Source: Octopus sinensis
Taxonomy: Eukaryota
Assembly (NCBI RefSeq): GCF_006345805.1
Contig: NC_043007.1
Coordinates: 24,242,001-24,306,000 of the forward strand
Reading direction: 5' to 3'
Length of the DNA: 64,000 nt
The number at the start of each line of letters is the position of its first letter. Position 1 is the first letter of the stretch. Both the position numbers and the translations under genes were made by a program. Shown here one piece after another: positions 23,201-59,745 of this stretch. A model generated the notes under the pieces. It worked only from the letters and a program-made list of their open reading frames with translations. It made no database searches and was not told the origin of the DNA.

Positions 23201-25701
23201 GTGGGTAGAGGTATAAATATGGTATGTGAGTGTGTTTGCACCCCCTGGTTCTTTCCACCACCCACTTTGGGAACCACTAGCATTGATGTATGAAATGCAA
23301 TCAGGCATTTTGCCAATGATGCTAACATTTCTGTCATCTCACGGTCCCTTGATAGTCTTTTATGTCACTGACTGTAGCCATGCTGGAGCACCACTTTGAA
23401 GGGTGAAGAAATCAACTCCAGGACTCTTTAATTGTAAGCCCAGTACTTACCCTATCAGTCTCTTTGTCAAACCACTAAGTTCCAGGGATGTAAACACACC
23501 AACACTGATTATCAAGTGGTGGTGGGGGCACAAACACAAAGATACATGCACACATAAATACACACACACACACACACACATATATATGCGTGGCTATGTG
23601 GTAAAAAGCATGCTTCCCAGGTTCAGTCCCACTGTATGGCACCTTGGGCAAATGTCTTCTACTATAGCCTCGGGCCAACCAAAGCCTCGTGAGTGGATTT
23701 GGTAGATGGAAACTGAAAGAAGCCTGTTATGTATATATATATATTTATGTGTGTGTGTCTTTATGTCTATGTTTGTCTCCTCCCCCACCATCACTTGACA
23801 ACTGATGTTGCTGTGTTTATGCCTCCGAAACTTAGTAGTTCAGCAAAAGAGACCAATAGAATAAGTACTAGGATTACAAAGAGTAAGTCCTGGGATTGAT
23901 TTCTTCAACTAAAGGCAGTGCTCCAGCATGGTTGCAGTCAAATGACTGAAACATGTAAAAGAGTAAAGAGTATACGACAGGCTTCTTTCAGTTTCCATCT
24001 ATCAGATCCACTCGCAAGGCTTTGGTTGGCCTAAGGCTATAGTAGAAGACACTTGTCCAAGGTGCCACACAGTGGGACTGAACCCAGAACCATGTGGTTG
24101 GGAAGCAAGCTTCATACCACACGGCCACGCCTGTGCCTGATATGAAGAAATATTGGTTTAAAATATTGGCACAAATCCGGTAATTTTGGGAGGAGGTGGT
24201 AAGGTGATTACATCGACCCCAGTACTCAACTGGTACTTATTTTAGCGACCCTGAAAGGGATGAAAATTAAAGTCGACCCCAGCAGTATCTGAACTCACAA
24301 TGTAAAGACAGACGAAAGGCTGCTAAGCATTTTGATCAGCATGCTAATGATTCTGCCAACTGATACCTTGATTATCATAATCATCATCATCATCGTTTAA
24401 CATTCGCTTTCCATGGGTTGGACTATTTGACTGAGGTCTGGCGAACCAGATGGCTGCACCAGGCTCCAATCTTGATCTGGCAGAGTTTCTACAGCTGGAT
24501 GCCCTTCCTAACGCTCTGAGAGTGTAGTGGGTGCTTTTATGTGTCACCGGCACAAGGGCCAGTCAGGCGGTACTGGCAATGGTCACGCTGAAATGGTGTT
24601 TTTTTTACATGCCACCTGCACAGGAGCCAGTCTAGCAGCACTGGCAACGACCTCGCTCGAATGTTTCTTCATGTGCCAGTAAGGCGACGCTTGTAACGAT
24701 CACGATCAAATGGTGCTTTATAAAGAAATATGAAAAAAAACCAAAAAAAAACAAAACAAAAAAAAAAAAACAAGTCAAAGAACACAGACAAAAGAGAAAA
24801 AAGTTAATAAGTGTGAATTTAGTATTGAATTATTTAATTTGAAATGATAACATAATAAATATCTTCAGGTAAGATGAACATTTCTTTAAAGAAAGCTTAA
24901 AATATTGATTCCTAACATTGGCACAAGGCCACACATTTTCAAAAATTATTTTGTGGGGGGGTAGGGTTTAATCAATTAAATCGATCCCAATACATGACTG
25001 GTACTTTATTTTATCGACCCCCGGAAGGATGAAAGGCAAAGTTGACCTCGGCAGGATTTGAACTTAGAATGAAAGAGGAACATAACTAAATACTCGTGAG
25101 GCATTTTGTCTGGATGCTCTACCAACTCTGTCAATTTTTTTTTCTTTTTGTTTACTGCCTTTTAAAATCTTGAACGCAATGTTTAAATTGTTCAGAAATT
25201 TGAAGAATTCGTGGTCAAGCCAAAAGCCGTGAGTGTGCATATAAAAATAAGGGAAAGAGTTAACACAGGAAAGTAGAATTGTACAGCCATATTTTGGAGG
25301 AAGGGAACAGAGAGGAGAGGAAAGAGAAGAGAAGAGGGGAGTGAGAGAAAGAGAAAAGGAAAGAGAGAGAGAGATAGGGAGAGTAAGAGAAGAGTGTAAA
25401 GAAGGAGACTGTTAGAAGGTGAGTGTGAAGTTGTGATGTTTATTGTACAACAAACTACCATACAACAGTAACAAAGCAGGAAATGGCAGTCTCTAATAGT
25501 GTGTGGCTTCCAGGAGTGGAGGGTTAAGGGGTGGTCTTTTTTTTCTTTTTTAAAGGAAAGAGCTGTGGTATGTGGTAGGTAGTTCAGGAGGGGTGAGGGT
25601 CTGGGTAAGTAAAGGTACATTCACTTTGAAGTAAAACAAAGTAAACAGGTTGAAAATATACCCTCACATGTTGGCCTCTATATACATGCATATATATAAT
25701 A

Positions 25702-25776
<75 letters not shown>

Positions 25777-25870
25777 ATGTATATAAATATATATATGTAT
25801 ATAATATTTATTTATATATGTATATGTATGTATTTGTGTGTATATATATATATATATGTGTGTTTGTGTG

Positions 25871-25914
<44 letters not shown>

Positions 25915-26003
25915 TGTATATGCATGTGTATATATGTATGTACATATACACACACACATACACACATGTATATGCATGTGTATATATGTATGTACATATA
26001 CAT

Positions 26004-26036
<33 letters not shown>

Positions 26037-26099
26037 CATACATCATACATACATAAATATATATATATATATACATACATGAGAAATTATAATAGACTG

Positions 26100-27047
26100 T
26101 GAAATAAATATAAACAGTGATTTGGAGCAGGGGTAATAATTAAAAGAAAAATTTAAACGAATGACTTTTACCAGGGTAGAAGAGGTGAGTGGCGGGTATC
26201 TCGGTGTAGTGAGGGAGTGTTAGTTTTTTTTCTTTTTTTTTTTCTGAAGTTCTGGTGTTTAAATAAAAATGTCCTCTCTATATATAAGTTAATAAACATG
26301 GAAAGAAATTAAACATTTAACAGATTGTTCACAAACCACTCAAAATAGACTGAAGTTTCATACATTATTATCATATTTTTTATTATTATTTTTTTTTTCA
26401 AAAATTTTTTTTATTGTTTTGTTGTGTTTTGTTTTTATTTTCTTTTGGTTTCATTTTGATGTAAATAATAAAACAAGACGCACAGAGGAGGGGGGTGGAG
26501 AAAAATGGAGATAAAAATAAAGTGGGGGGGGGGGCGAAAAAAATGAAAGAAATTTTGGTCTTTGAAATGTTTATCATAATATTTAAAAAAAAAAAAGAAA
26601 AAGAGAAAAATCAATAAAACTAAAAAGAAGACATCTCTCACTTGTTGCCATGGTAATGTCACAGTTTGTGTGTGTGACTGGTACTGTCTTTCAGTGTTTT
26701 GTGGTCTTTTTTGAAGATGGGTGAAAAAAAAAAAAGTACAAGAACCAACCAACCATCCAACCATCCAACCCGAGGACAATAGCTTGAGTGCATTATTCAC
26801 CTGGCTACGCAGTTACCGTGGCCGGCCAATATAGCGATGGGGGGTGGGGGAGAAGAGAAGTGAATAGTGGCAGGGGTGGGCGGGTGGGTTTAGGTAATTA
26901 AGGTAAGGTAAGGTAAGGTAAGGTAAGGTAAGGTAAGGTAAGGTGGTCAGGTATTGTCGAGATTTATTAAAACTCTTGGGTTGGGAGTGAAAAAAATGAA
27001 GGAAGTATCCACAGGCTTCCAAGCTGTGGTCCCTCTGGTGGTTTCCT
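26100..27047 (-). other. Probable CaMKI 3' UTR (extent uncertain)
   Basis: Non-TE sequence directly after the stop; AATAAA hexamers on the minus strand (e.g. 26410-26415); 3' end cannot be fixed without RNA data. Confidence 0.45.
26901..26944. repeat. (AGGTA)8 pentanucleotide repeat in the CaMKI 3' UTR region
   Basis: Eight perfect units. Confidence 0.9.
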
Positions 27048-49528
<22,481 letters not shown>

Positions 49529-50784
49529 TCAATATCAAACAATGTGGGTGCACACACGCACATAAAACAAGTATTACACATAATAATGGGTCTCTTTTGA
49601 TTTCAATGATAAATGCATGGAAGCACTCCGTCGGTTATGACGACGAGGGTTCCGGTTGATCCGAATCAATGGAACAGCCTGCTCGTGAAATTAACGTGTA
49701 AGTGGCTGAGCACTCCACAGACACGTGTACCCTTAACGTAGTTCTCGGGGATATTCAGCGTGACACAGAGAGTGACAAGGCTGGCCCCTTGAAATACAGG
49801 TACAACAGAAACAGGGAAGTAAGAATGAGAGAAAGTTGTAGTGAAAGAGTACAGCAGGGATCACCACCATCCCCTGCCAGAGCCTCGTGGAGCTTTTAGG
49901 TGTTTTCGCTCAATAAACACTCACAACGCCCCGGTCTGGGAATCGAAACCGCGATCCTACGACCGCGAGTCCGCTGCCCTAACCACTGGGCCATTGCGCC
50001 TCCACTCAATGATAAATAATCAGTTGTTCAATCAACAATAAATATTGACCGTCAGTAAACGTTATTGGAAAGGCCCCAAAAGGCTGAAATGCATCTGGTG
50101 TTTCTGATAGCCATTGTTGGGATGAACTTTTTGTCTCTCTCTGATATTTATTTATTGTAACACAGCACGTCCAAGGGAAATGTTATCTCAGGACAAGTAC
50201 TACAGTAACTGGCCTATCAATGGTGTATATACATTAAGTGTGACACATACATTTATATATATATATATATGTATTCATCATCATCATCATCATCCTCATT
50301 TAACGTCCGCTTTCCATGGGTTGGACAGTTTGACTGAGGGCTGGCAAACCAGATGGCTGCACCAGGCTTCAATCTTGATCTGGCAGTGTTTCTACAGCTG
50401 GATGCCATTCCTAACACCAACCACTCCGAGAGTGTAGCGGGTGCTTTTACGTGCCAGTCAGGCGGTACTGGCAACGACCTCGCTCGAATCTTTTACATAT
50501 GCCACTGGCACAGGTGCCAGTAAGGCGATGCTGGTAACGATCATGCTCGAATGGTGTCTTTTACGTGCCACCGGCACAGAGGCCAGATAGCTGCTCTGGC
50601 AACAATCACACTCGGATGGTGCTCTTATTACCCTACTAGCATGGGGCTCGAGTGCCAGTAAGGCGACTCTGGTAACGATCACACTCGAATGGTGCCTTTT
50701 AAGTGCCAATGGCACAGAAGCTGGTTAGCTGCTCTGTCAATGATCTCACTCGTATGATGCTCTTTCTATCTATCTATCTATCTA

Positions 50785-50829
<45 letters not shown>

Positions 50830-51369
50830 ATATATGCTCACACACATATACATACGCGCACGTGTGTGTGTGTATATAAATGCATATTGTTGCCATTGCT
50901 GTTTAGACCTGGGTCAACTTTATCAAAAGGTTCCAGCTACAGCCATTCAATATTTCTATTTATTCAGGCACTGTTTACCTAGGACTCCATTAGCCAATGT
51001 GTTCCTCCCTTTTGAGGAAGGGACAATGAGATTTGAAGGGAATTTGACTGTTATTTCTATGTATTACATTTTCTTATCTTTGTCTCTATTTTCATTAAAA
51101 AAAAATATCGTTTTATCTCTTTATTTTTTAAAACAGTGGCACAACACTACCCCCCAGGGAAAACACAAATAGCTGATACTGCTGTTGTTTAGATGCTGGT
51201 CACTCCAACCATGACTATCCCATCTTTGTTTTCTTAGATCCAGTATTACACTGTTTAACGTGGTTTTCCTTTTCTATTTATAAGACAGGGTATGCTTTAA
51301 GGGATATTTAGCTGCTATATTTAACAGGTTCAATGATCTTGTAAAGGCTACTTTGTTGGGTTCAAGAGT

Positions 51370-51546
51370 ATAGTGAGAGGCCTGCTGGAAGCCCAGCCTT
51401 CCAAGTTCTTTTACAGGGCTTAGAAAAACTGAAGGACTACTGCAATAAGTAAGTGAATCTCAGAGAGAAATACATTGAATAAAATCATAATTAAATGATT
51501 TTCCTGTATTTTCTTTCATCTGAAGCCAGATATTTTTCAGCACACC

Positions 51547-51550
<4 letters not shown>
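51370..51550 (+). mobile_element. Partial 3' copy of the same mariner-like element
   Basis: cagggcttagaaaaactgaa..gaataaaatcataattaa and a degenerate right TIR. Confidence 0.65.
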
Positions 51551-51590
<40 letters not shown>

Positions 51591-51740
51591 GAGAGCGAGA
51601 GAAAGATACTTTATATATGGAGTCCCATGTGTACAGGAAAACCTACTTTTTTCTATCGAGGGCTTATACGCTCCATTATTAGATTATTTTCTTTAGTCAT
51701 TGCACAGTGATCGCTTATAAGCTTTAAGCTTATAAAATAC

Positions 51741-51777
<37 letters not shown>

Positions 51778-52110
51778 TACAGAATTGTAAAAATCGACAC
51801 TGCTTAGCAAAACCATGGCATATATATATATATATATATATATAGGGAGAGTTTACGATAAAAAACAAAAGACGAAGACAGGTGGTGTACAAAACAAACA
51901 GATGTATTAGTATAACGCTCAGGAATAGAAAAAGTCTTATACGTTTTGAGCCTACGCTCTTCTACAGAAAGGGACACAGAAAAAACAAGGAGAGGAAAAA
52001 ATGTGTGTAGTGGCTAACGATCTATCATGGTGACTCTAAAATTTTAACTAGATCGCTTGTAATTTCTGGAAGAGATTTGAAACCACCACCTATGTGGTGG
52101 AAGGCAGACA

Positions 52111-52153
<43 letters not shown>

Positions 52154-52830
52154 TAGTGAGTAGACAAACGAAAGATGGACACTCAACACATTTATTGGGA
52201 GTTACATGTATAGATCAAAACAGTCTGATCCAAGCTCCTTGGTACTCTGAGTTTCAAGCCCTGTGGCTAGCATTCAGCAATTGGGGGTCCGAATGAGAGT
52301 TTGATTAAAGAGAATCAATGTTTACGACTCTGATTAGTCGAGAAAGGTCACGCGGTATAGCAGTTTGATGTTGGTATTTCAGTGACAACAATTAGTTGGA
52401 AAACAGGAAATCAACCGTGTCATGGACAAGAAATCAGTCATGCGGTTGGGGGGAAGTGTGAAGGGGTGGTAGATGTCGGGGTATATATGTATATATGTAC
52501 AAGTATATGCCCACATATCTGTGTGTATACATCTGTACTTATATGAGTGTGTTTGTGTCACATCTGTGCACACATGCACAAACACACACACACGTACAGG
52601 TGCACATGCATGTACACACATATACACACACTCACACGCACAAGCATACGCACACACGCGCAGATATATATGCACGCATGGGTGCACACCTTTATCTCCA
52701 TGTACATATGCACACAAGCACACACAAGTGTGCATGTGTACATACATGCACATTCACAGGTGCACATGCATATGGGCATGTATGTGTGCACATGCATACA
52801 GTGAGAAGGTGCATATGCACAGTTATATAC

Positions 52831-52862
<32 letters not shown>

Positions 52863-53103
52863 TCTGCTGGGTGGTCGGTGTTAGGAAGGGCATCCAGCTG
52901 TAAAAATCCTGCCAAAACAATAACAGAAGTATGGTGCAGGCTTCTGCCTGGTCGGCTCCTGTCAAACCATACCACCCAAGTCAGCATGGAAGGCAGACAT
53001 TAAACAATGATGATGATGGTGATATATATATATACATATATATATATTCGATAATTTATAAATTTGAAAATGCTAAATTATCGAATTATTGTGCTGAGGA
53101 CGG

Positions 53104-53134
<31 letters not shown>

Positions 53135-53419
53135 CTAGCAGTATCGCCCGGCGTTGCTCAGGTTTGTAAGGGAAATAACTGTATAAGCATTTTTAGAGAG
53201 TTACTTCCCTTATATATAATCGCCAAAAATGACAAAAAAATGTAAATTTTTTTTTAAATCGAGACTCATCGTAGACGCGCGCTAATACCCAGAAGGGCTT
53301 GATATGAATCCCAACTATAAGATACCCGCTTTTGGTTAAATTGCACCGCAAAATGTGGGAGTAGTTAGGAATCTAAATCGTAGGAGACAGACACACAACT
53401 TCACTTTTATATATAAAGA
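53135..53419 (-). mobile_element. Non-autonomous Helitron (second subfamily, shorter)
   Basis: Reverse complement of the 41364 element lacking a 98 bp segment; in (TA)n. Confidence 0.8.
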
Positions 53420-53651
53420 TATATATATATATGATGGATGCCCCCTCGTTATCGAGTATGGCCATTGCACGAAGCTTAACTGTTATTGGTGCTGTGATCG
53501 AATGTGACATTTAAACCCAGCTAAAGAACTACAATGTCTTGTACAGAATTGGCAGCTAAAACCTTTACCGGCAATAGCTGGCTGTAGTTGTAACTGGGCT
53601 TCATGTACCTTTGCATGTCGTTTAAGTCCTCCTGCCAAATTACACTCTCTT

Positions 53652-53689
<38 letters not shown>

Positions 53690-53914
53690 CTTTATTGCCC
53701 ACAAGGGACTAAACATAGAGGGGGACAAACAAGGACAGACAAAGGGATTAAGTTGATTAGATTGATCCCAGTGTGTAACTGGTACTTTATTTATTGACCC
53801 CGAAAGGATGAAAGGCAAAGTCGACCTTGGCAGAATTTGAACTCAGAAACGTAATGGCAATCAAAATACGGCTATGCATTTTGCCCGGCATACTAACGTT
53901 TCTGCCAGCTCGCC

Positions 53915-53964
<50 letters not shown>

Positions 53965-53974
<10 letters not shown>

Positions 53975-54170
53975 GAGGATCTGCATTGTAAAATTCCTTC
54001 CTTTAAGGGTATTGCAAAAGCCTGGCTGGAAGCACAACATTCTGAAGGCCTGCTGCAATAAGTATGTGAATCTGAGATGGGGAATATGTTGAATAAAATC
54101 ATAATTAACAGATCTTCCTGTATTTTCTTTTACCCAAAGCCTGCAACTTTCCAGCAGCTCCTTGTTCATA
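53965..54170 (+). mobile_element. Partial 3' copy of the same mariner-like element
   Basis: ctgcaataagtatgtgaatctgagatggggaatatgttgaataaaatcataattaac. Confidence 0.6.
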
Positions 54171-54779
54171 CAGTTTTGCACCGTCCGGATATTGCTGTAG
54201 TAATCAATGATAGGTCATTGAACTTCCTTTATACAACAAAATCATCTCCACCTCTTTCCTTCAAAATCAATACCAACATTGATAAATCCAATATTTATTT
54301 ATAAACAATACTAAAATATAGAAGAGATTTCTATAATATTGATTTTTTTCCCCACTGTGGTTGTGTGGTAAGAAGCTTGCTTCCCAACCACATCATTCCA
54401 GGTTCAGTTCCACTGTGTGGCCAACCAAAACCTTGAGAGTGGATTTTGTTGACGGAAACTGAAAAAACCCATCATACATGTATATATTTGTGTGTGTGTG
54501 TGCATGTCTGTATGTGTTTGTGTCTATGTTTGCCCCGCCCCCTTCACCACCTGATAACCAGTGCTGGTATGTTTATGTCTTGGTCACTTAGCAGTTCAGC
54601 AAAAGAGACCGATAAAATAAGCACCAGGTTTAACAAGAAAATAAGTTCTGGGGTCAATTCATACGACTAACAATTCTTGAAGGTGGTGCCCCAGCATGGC
54701 CACAGTCTCATGACTAAAACAAGCAAAAGATAAAAATGGTTCTTAGAATTGTTAAGATGTCCTTCTCAATATCTCAAAT

Positions 54780-54855
54780 GGCAGATATGACCTCGCATTG
54801 CAGATATGACCTCTCATTGTAGATATGACCTCTTGTAGAAGATATGACCTCTTGT
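54780..54855. repeat. Short tandem repeat (agatatgacctc..)
   Basis: Four imperfect units of 17-19 bp. Confidence 0.75.
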
Positions 54856-57800
54856 GTTACATGTATTCTTTTATTCTTTTACATGTTTCAGCCATTTGAC
54901 TGCGGTCATGCTGGAGCACCACCCTAAAGGGTTTTAATTGAACAAATTGACCCCAAGTCTTATTCTTTGTAAACCTAGTACTTATTCTATCGGTCTCTTT
55001 TGCTGAAGAGCTGGTGGGGGTGGTGGTGGTGCTGGTGGGGACAAACAGAGACACAAAGACACACATAATTATATATATATATATATATATATAAGTACTA
55101 GGCTCACAAAGAATAAGTCCTGGGGTCGATTTGTCCGACTAATAGGTGGTGCTCCAGCACGGCCACAGTCAAATGACTGAAACCAGTAAAAGAGTAAAAA
55201 AGTAAAAGAGGTCCCTACTTTGCACTGAATCTTGAGGGAAGTGCTCAGATTCTCAGCAAGACAGCATAAATATTGATAAAAATTCATGTTAGGTTCATTC
55301 ATTATCAAGTCCTGCTTAACTTAAACCATCCTGCTGTGAGAAGACAGCTTGCAGCGACACAGAAATTATGAGGTTAATTAGAAGCTGATAATGATTAACA
55401 ATCAGAAACTGGTTATTCCAATGCCTGTCCTTATGTAGCAAGAATTTTTATCAGTTGCGTGGGCAGGTAGGTGGTATTTTCTCTAGGATATATTTCGTAA
55501 TAAGATAATATATATTATTCGTATTTGGTTTGCAAGATTCTTGATGTGAACACATATATTGAAACAGATTTAGCTGTATCTTGGGTGGGTCATTATGCCA
55601 ATAAGAAATACATGCACTGGTTCTGTTTCATGTTTATTATTATTATTAGTCAATAAGTTATTGATTTAACCAGTTAACTAATTATTCATTGGATTCTTTC
55701 AAAGCCCTTTTGTTGCCATTTGACATGCTCTCCCTGCTCTCTCTCTCTCTCTCTCTCCTCCAAGTCTGCTTCAGGCTGGTCTGTCTGTCTGTCTCCTACT
55801 TTATAGGTTCTATATTTATATTTATGTGGAGGCGCAATGGCTCAGTGGTTAGGGCAGCGGACTCACGGTTGGAGGATCGCGGGTTTGATTCCCAGACCGG
55901 GCGTTATGTGTGTTTATTGAGTGAAAACATCTAAAGCTCCATGAGGCTCCGGCAGGGGGTGGTGGCGACCCCTGTTATACTCTTTCGCCCCAACCTTCTC
56001 TCACTCTTTCTTCCTGTTTCTTGAGTAATGCTGCGATGGACTGGCGTCCCGTCCAGCTGGGGGGAATACATACACCATAGAAACTGGAAAACTGGGCCCA
56101 TGAACCTGGCTAGGCTTGAAAAGGGCGCATAAATATTTAAAAAATATTTATATTTATATGGATGTCAATGAGAATGAAAAAGAGAGAAAGAGGAGGAGGA
56201 AGAGGAAGGCAAAAGAGAGAGAGAGGAGAAAAAAGAGGAAGAGAAAAGAGAGAGAGGAGAAAATAGGAAAAGAAAAGAAAGAGAGAGAGAGTGGAAGGGG
56301 GAGAGAGAGATTGAGTTAACAAGCTGCAATTAACTGACAAAATAAAAAAAAATATATGGTTTAGTCAGAAGAGGAAGAGGAGTGTTCATGACCCTTTGTA
56401 GGGTTTTCAAAACTTGAAGAAGGAATGAAAGAGGAAACCATGACAAATGGGGAGAAGACAGTGCAACAAAATACTAGTTTCAAATTTTGGCACAAGGCCA
56501 GCAATTTCAGGCGAAGGGGTGGGTCAATTACATTGACCCCCAGTGCTCAATTAGTATTTATTTTATCGAAGCGATAAAGGTGGCGAGCTGCAGAAACATT
56601 AGCACGCCGGGCTTAGCGGTATTTTGTCTGCCGTTACGTTCTGAGTTCAAATTCCGCCGAGGTTGACTTTGCCTTTCATCCTTTCGTGGTCCATAAATTA
56701 AGTACCAGTTACACACTGGGGTCAATGTAATTGACTTAATCCGTTTGTCTGTCCTTGTTTGTCTCCTCTATGTTTAGCCCCTCGTCGGTAATAAAGAAAT
56801 AAGCATTTATTTTATTGACCCTGAAAAGATGCAAGGCAAAGCTGACTTCAGTAGAATTTGAACTCAGAACATAAAGATGGATGAAATGCCACAAAACATT
56901 TTGCCTGGATGCTAACGATTCCACCATCTTGCTGCTTGGAGGACAAAAAAAAAAAGAGAAATGGCTTCAAATTTTGTCTGGTTCTTTTATAATTTTGTCA
57001 GTTTACTCATCTTTAAAATATTGCTTTCAAATTTTGGCACAAGTCTAGCAATTTAAGGGGAAGGAGTAAGTCAATTACATCAACCCTCATTGTTCAACTG
57101 GTACTTATTTCATCAGTAGAGGCGCAATGGCCCAGTGGTTAGGGCAGCGGATTCGCGGTCGAAGGATCGCAGTTTCGATTCCCAGACCGGGCGTTGTGAG
57201 TGTTTATTGAGCGAAAACACCTAAAGCTCCACAAGGCTCCGGCAGGGGGTGGTGGTGATCCCTGCTGTACTCTTTCACCACAACTTTCTCTCACTCTTAC
57301 TTCCTGTTTCTGTTGTACCTGTATTTCAAGGGGCCAGCCTTGTCACTCTCTGTGTCACACTGAATATCCCCGAGAACTACGTTATAGGTGCACGTGTCTG
57401 TGGAGTGCTCAGCCACTTACACGTTAATTTCACGAGCAGGCTGTTCCGTTGATCGGATCAACCAGAACCCTCGTCGTCGTAACTGATGGAGTGCTTCCAT
57501 CCATTTTATCAACCCCGAAAGGATGAAAGACAAAGTTGACTTTGGTAGGATTTGAACCCAAAACATAAAGACAAATGAAATGCTGCTAAGAATTTTGTCC
57601 AGCATTCTAAAAACTCTGTCAGTTCACCACCTTAACTCCTTAGTGTTTAAACCAGCCATATCCGGTTCAAATATTTTAGCTGCTTTATGTTTAAACTGAC
57701 CTGATCCAGTCCTTTACACCAACTCTACAACATCATTCTAAGAGTAAACAAACACACCACTGAAATCTCAAAGCTACAAGATAAATCCTTTCTTCTGGAA

Positions 57801-58487
57801 GCACAAGGCCTCACATTTGGAGGAAGGATTGATTACATCGACCCCCCCATTGCATAACTGGTACTAATTTTGTCAACCCTAGAAAGATGAAAAGCAAAGT
57901 TGACCTCGGCAGAATTTGAACTCAGAATGTAACGGCAGACGAAATACCACTAAGTATTTTGCCCGGCATGCTAACGATTCTGCCAGCATGCTAACGATTC
58001 TGCACACACACACACACACGTGTGTGTGTGATTGTAGGTGCATGTCCTTATTTCTCTCTTTTTCTCTCTTCTTAAGATGCAGAGGACATAAAGTTCCATT
58101 GTGTTGTTGTCTCCCTGCTGGAGGGACGGACGACAGGGTCAGTCATAAGTTGTCAACTGAAATACTGAAATGCATGGCCACTTGCTTAAGAGCTTCCCAA
58201 GACTGTCAATGCTTTTTGCCAATCCTACAAGGGCCTGCTTTTTTTTACTTTCCAGTGAGAGGAGACAACATTTGAACTCAGAACACACAGATTACTGCAA
58301 CATTCCTCATCCATTGTTTTAACATTCTCCAATCCATCACTCTGGAATGGTATGGTATGCTTTTTTATCAATCCCAATAAAATTACACACACACACACAC
58401 ACACACATAATGATGTTTGATTGAGGCTCAACTGTTTGCAGCAATACAATAAGAATGGGAAAATAAATCACCAGTCTTCTCTTTCTA

Positions 58488-58526
<39 letters not shown>

Positions 58527-58775
58527 CATTATCATCATTGTTATTGTTGTTGTTGTTGTTGTTGTTGTATGTGTGCGAGTCTTTTTAATCATTATTATTT
58601 TCATTAAGCTTGTCACTCGTTAAGAGTTAGCACTCTAATTAAAGGGCTTTATCGGCACTAAACAATTAGACATTTGAGTTTCATGAGAAATGGATTAAAA
58701 AAGCAACGCCAAGAAACGAATAAAATGGTAGAAAAATCATGCATCATGTTCTTGTCAAAGTCTCTTGCTTTCAAG

Positions 58776-58809
<34 letters not shown>

Positions 58810-59079
58810 GAGAGAGAGGAAGAGAGAGAGAGAGAGATTCTGATATTTATTTGGTTTTATTTGGCTCTCTTATATTTACCCCCACCCCCACCCCCACACA
58901 CACTCACCCACCTACCAACACACCTGCCAACATGCCAGTCTTACATGGCTGCTGTTGGGAGTTTTAAAGCATAAATTATAATAAATTAAGGCAACTGAGA
59001 AAGATGTTTTGAAAACAGGCAGAAGTGCTTGTGTTTTAAGTTTCTTTTTTGTGTGTTGTATGGTGGCGTGTGCAACAGT

Positions 59080-59745
59080 CTGTCAAATGGTGGAATGATG
59101 TGTGGCGAGCTGCATGTTGTGTAGCATGTTGCATGTTGTTAGGTGTGTTGCATGCTGAGTGGTGTGTAGCATGTTGTGTGATGTGTTAAGCGTTGCATGG
59201 TGTGTCAAATAGTGGTGATCGGTGGAATGTTGTGTGGTGTGTGTGGAGCGTTGTAGTGTGTTGAGCGTTGTGTAGTGTATTGAATGTTGTCTGGTGTATT
59301 GAATGTTGTGTGGTGTGTGTTTGGTGGAATGCTGTGTAGTATGTGGAGTGTCGTAGTGTATTGAGTGTTGTGTGGTGTATTGAGTGTTGTGTGGTGTATT
59401 GAATGTTGTGTGGTGTGTGTTTGGTGGAATGCTGTGTAGTATGTGGAGTGTCGTAGTGTATTGAGTGTTGTGTGGTGTATTGAGTGTTGCGTGGTGTATT
59501 GAGTGTTGTGTGGTGTATTGAATGTTGTGTGGTGTGTGTTTGGTGGAATGCTGTGTAGTATGTGGAGTGTCGTAGTGTATTGAGTGTTGTGTGGTGTATT
59601 GAGTGTTGTGTGGTGTATTGAGTGTTGTGTGGTGTATTGAGTGTTGTGTGATGTGTGTTTGGTGGAACACTGTGTGGTATGTGGAGTGTTATGGTGTATT
59701 CAGTGTTGTGTGGTGTATTAAGCATTGTGTGGTGTGTGCATATAA
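59080..59745. repeat. 19 bp GT-rich minisatellite with higher-order units
   Basis: gtgttgtgtggtgtattga units punctuated by ttggtggaatgctgtgtagtatgtggagtgtcgta. Confidence 0.88.

Noticed and set aside
26901-26944. Telomere-like repeat
   Set aside because: The unit is TAAGG, not TTAGG or TTAGGG.
53085-53110. CTGAGGA followed by CGGG
   Set aside because: Interrupted by (TA)n with no GAAA half.
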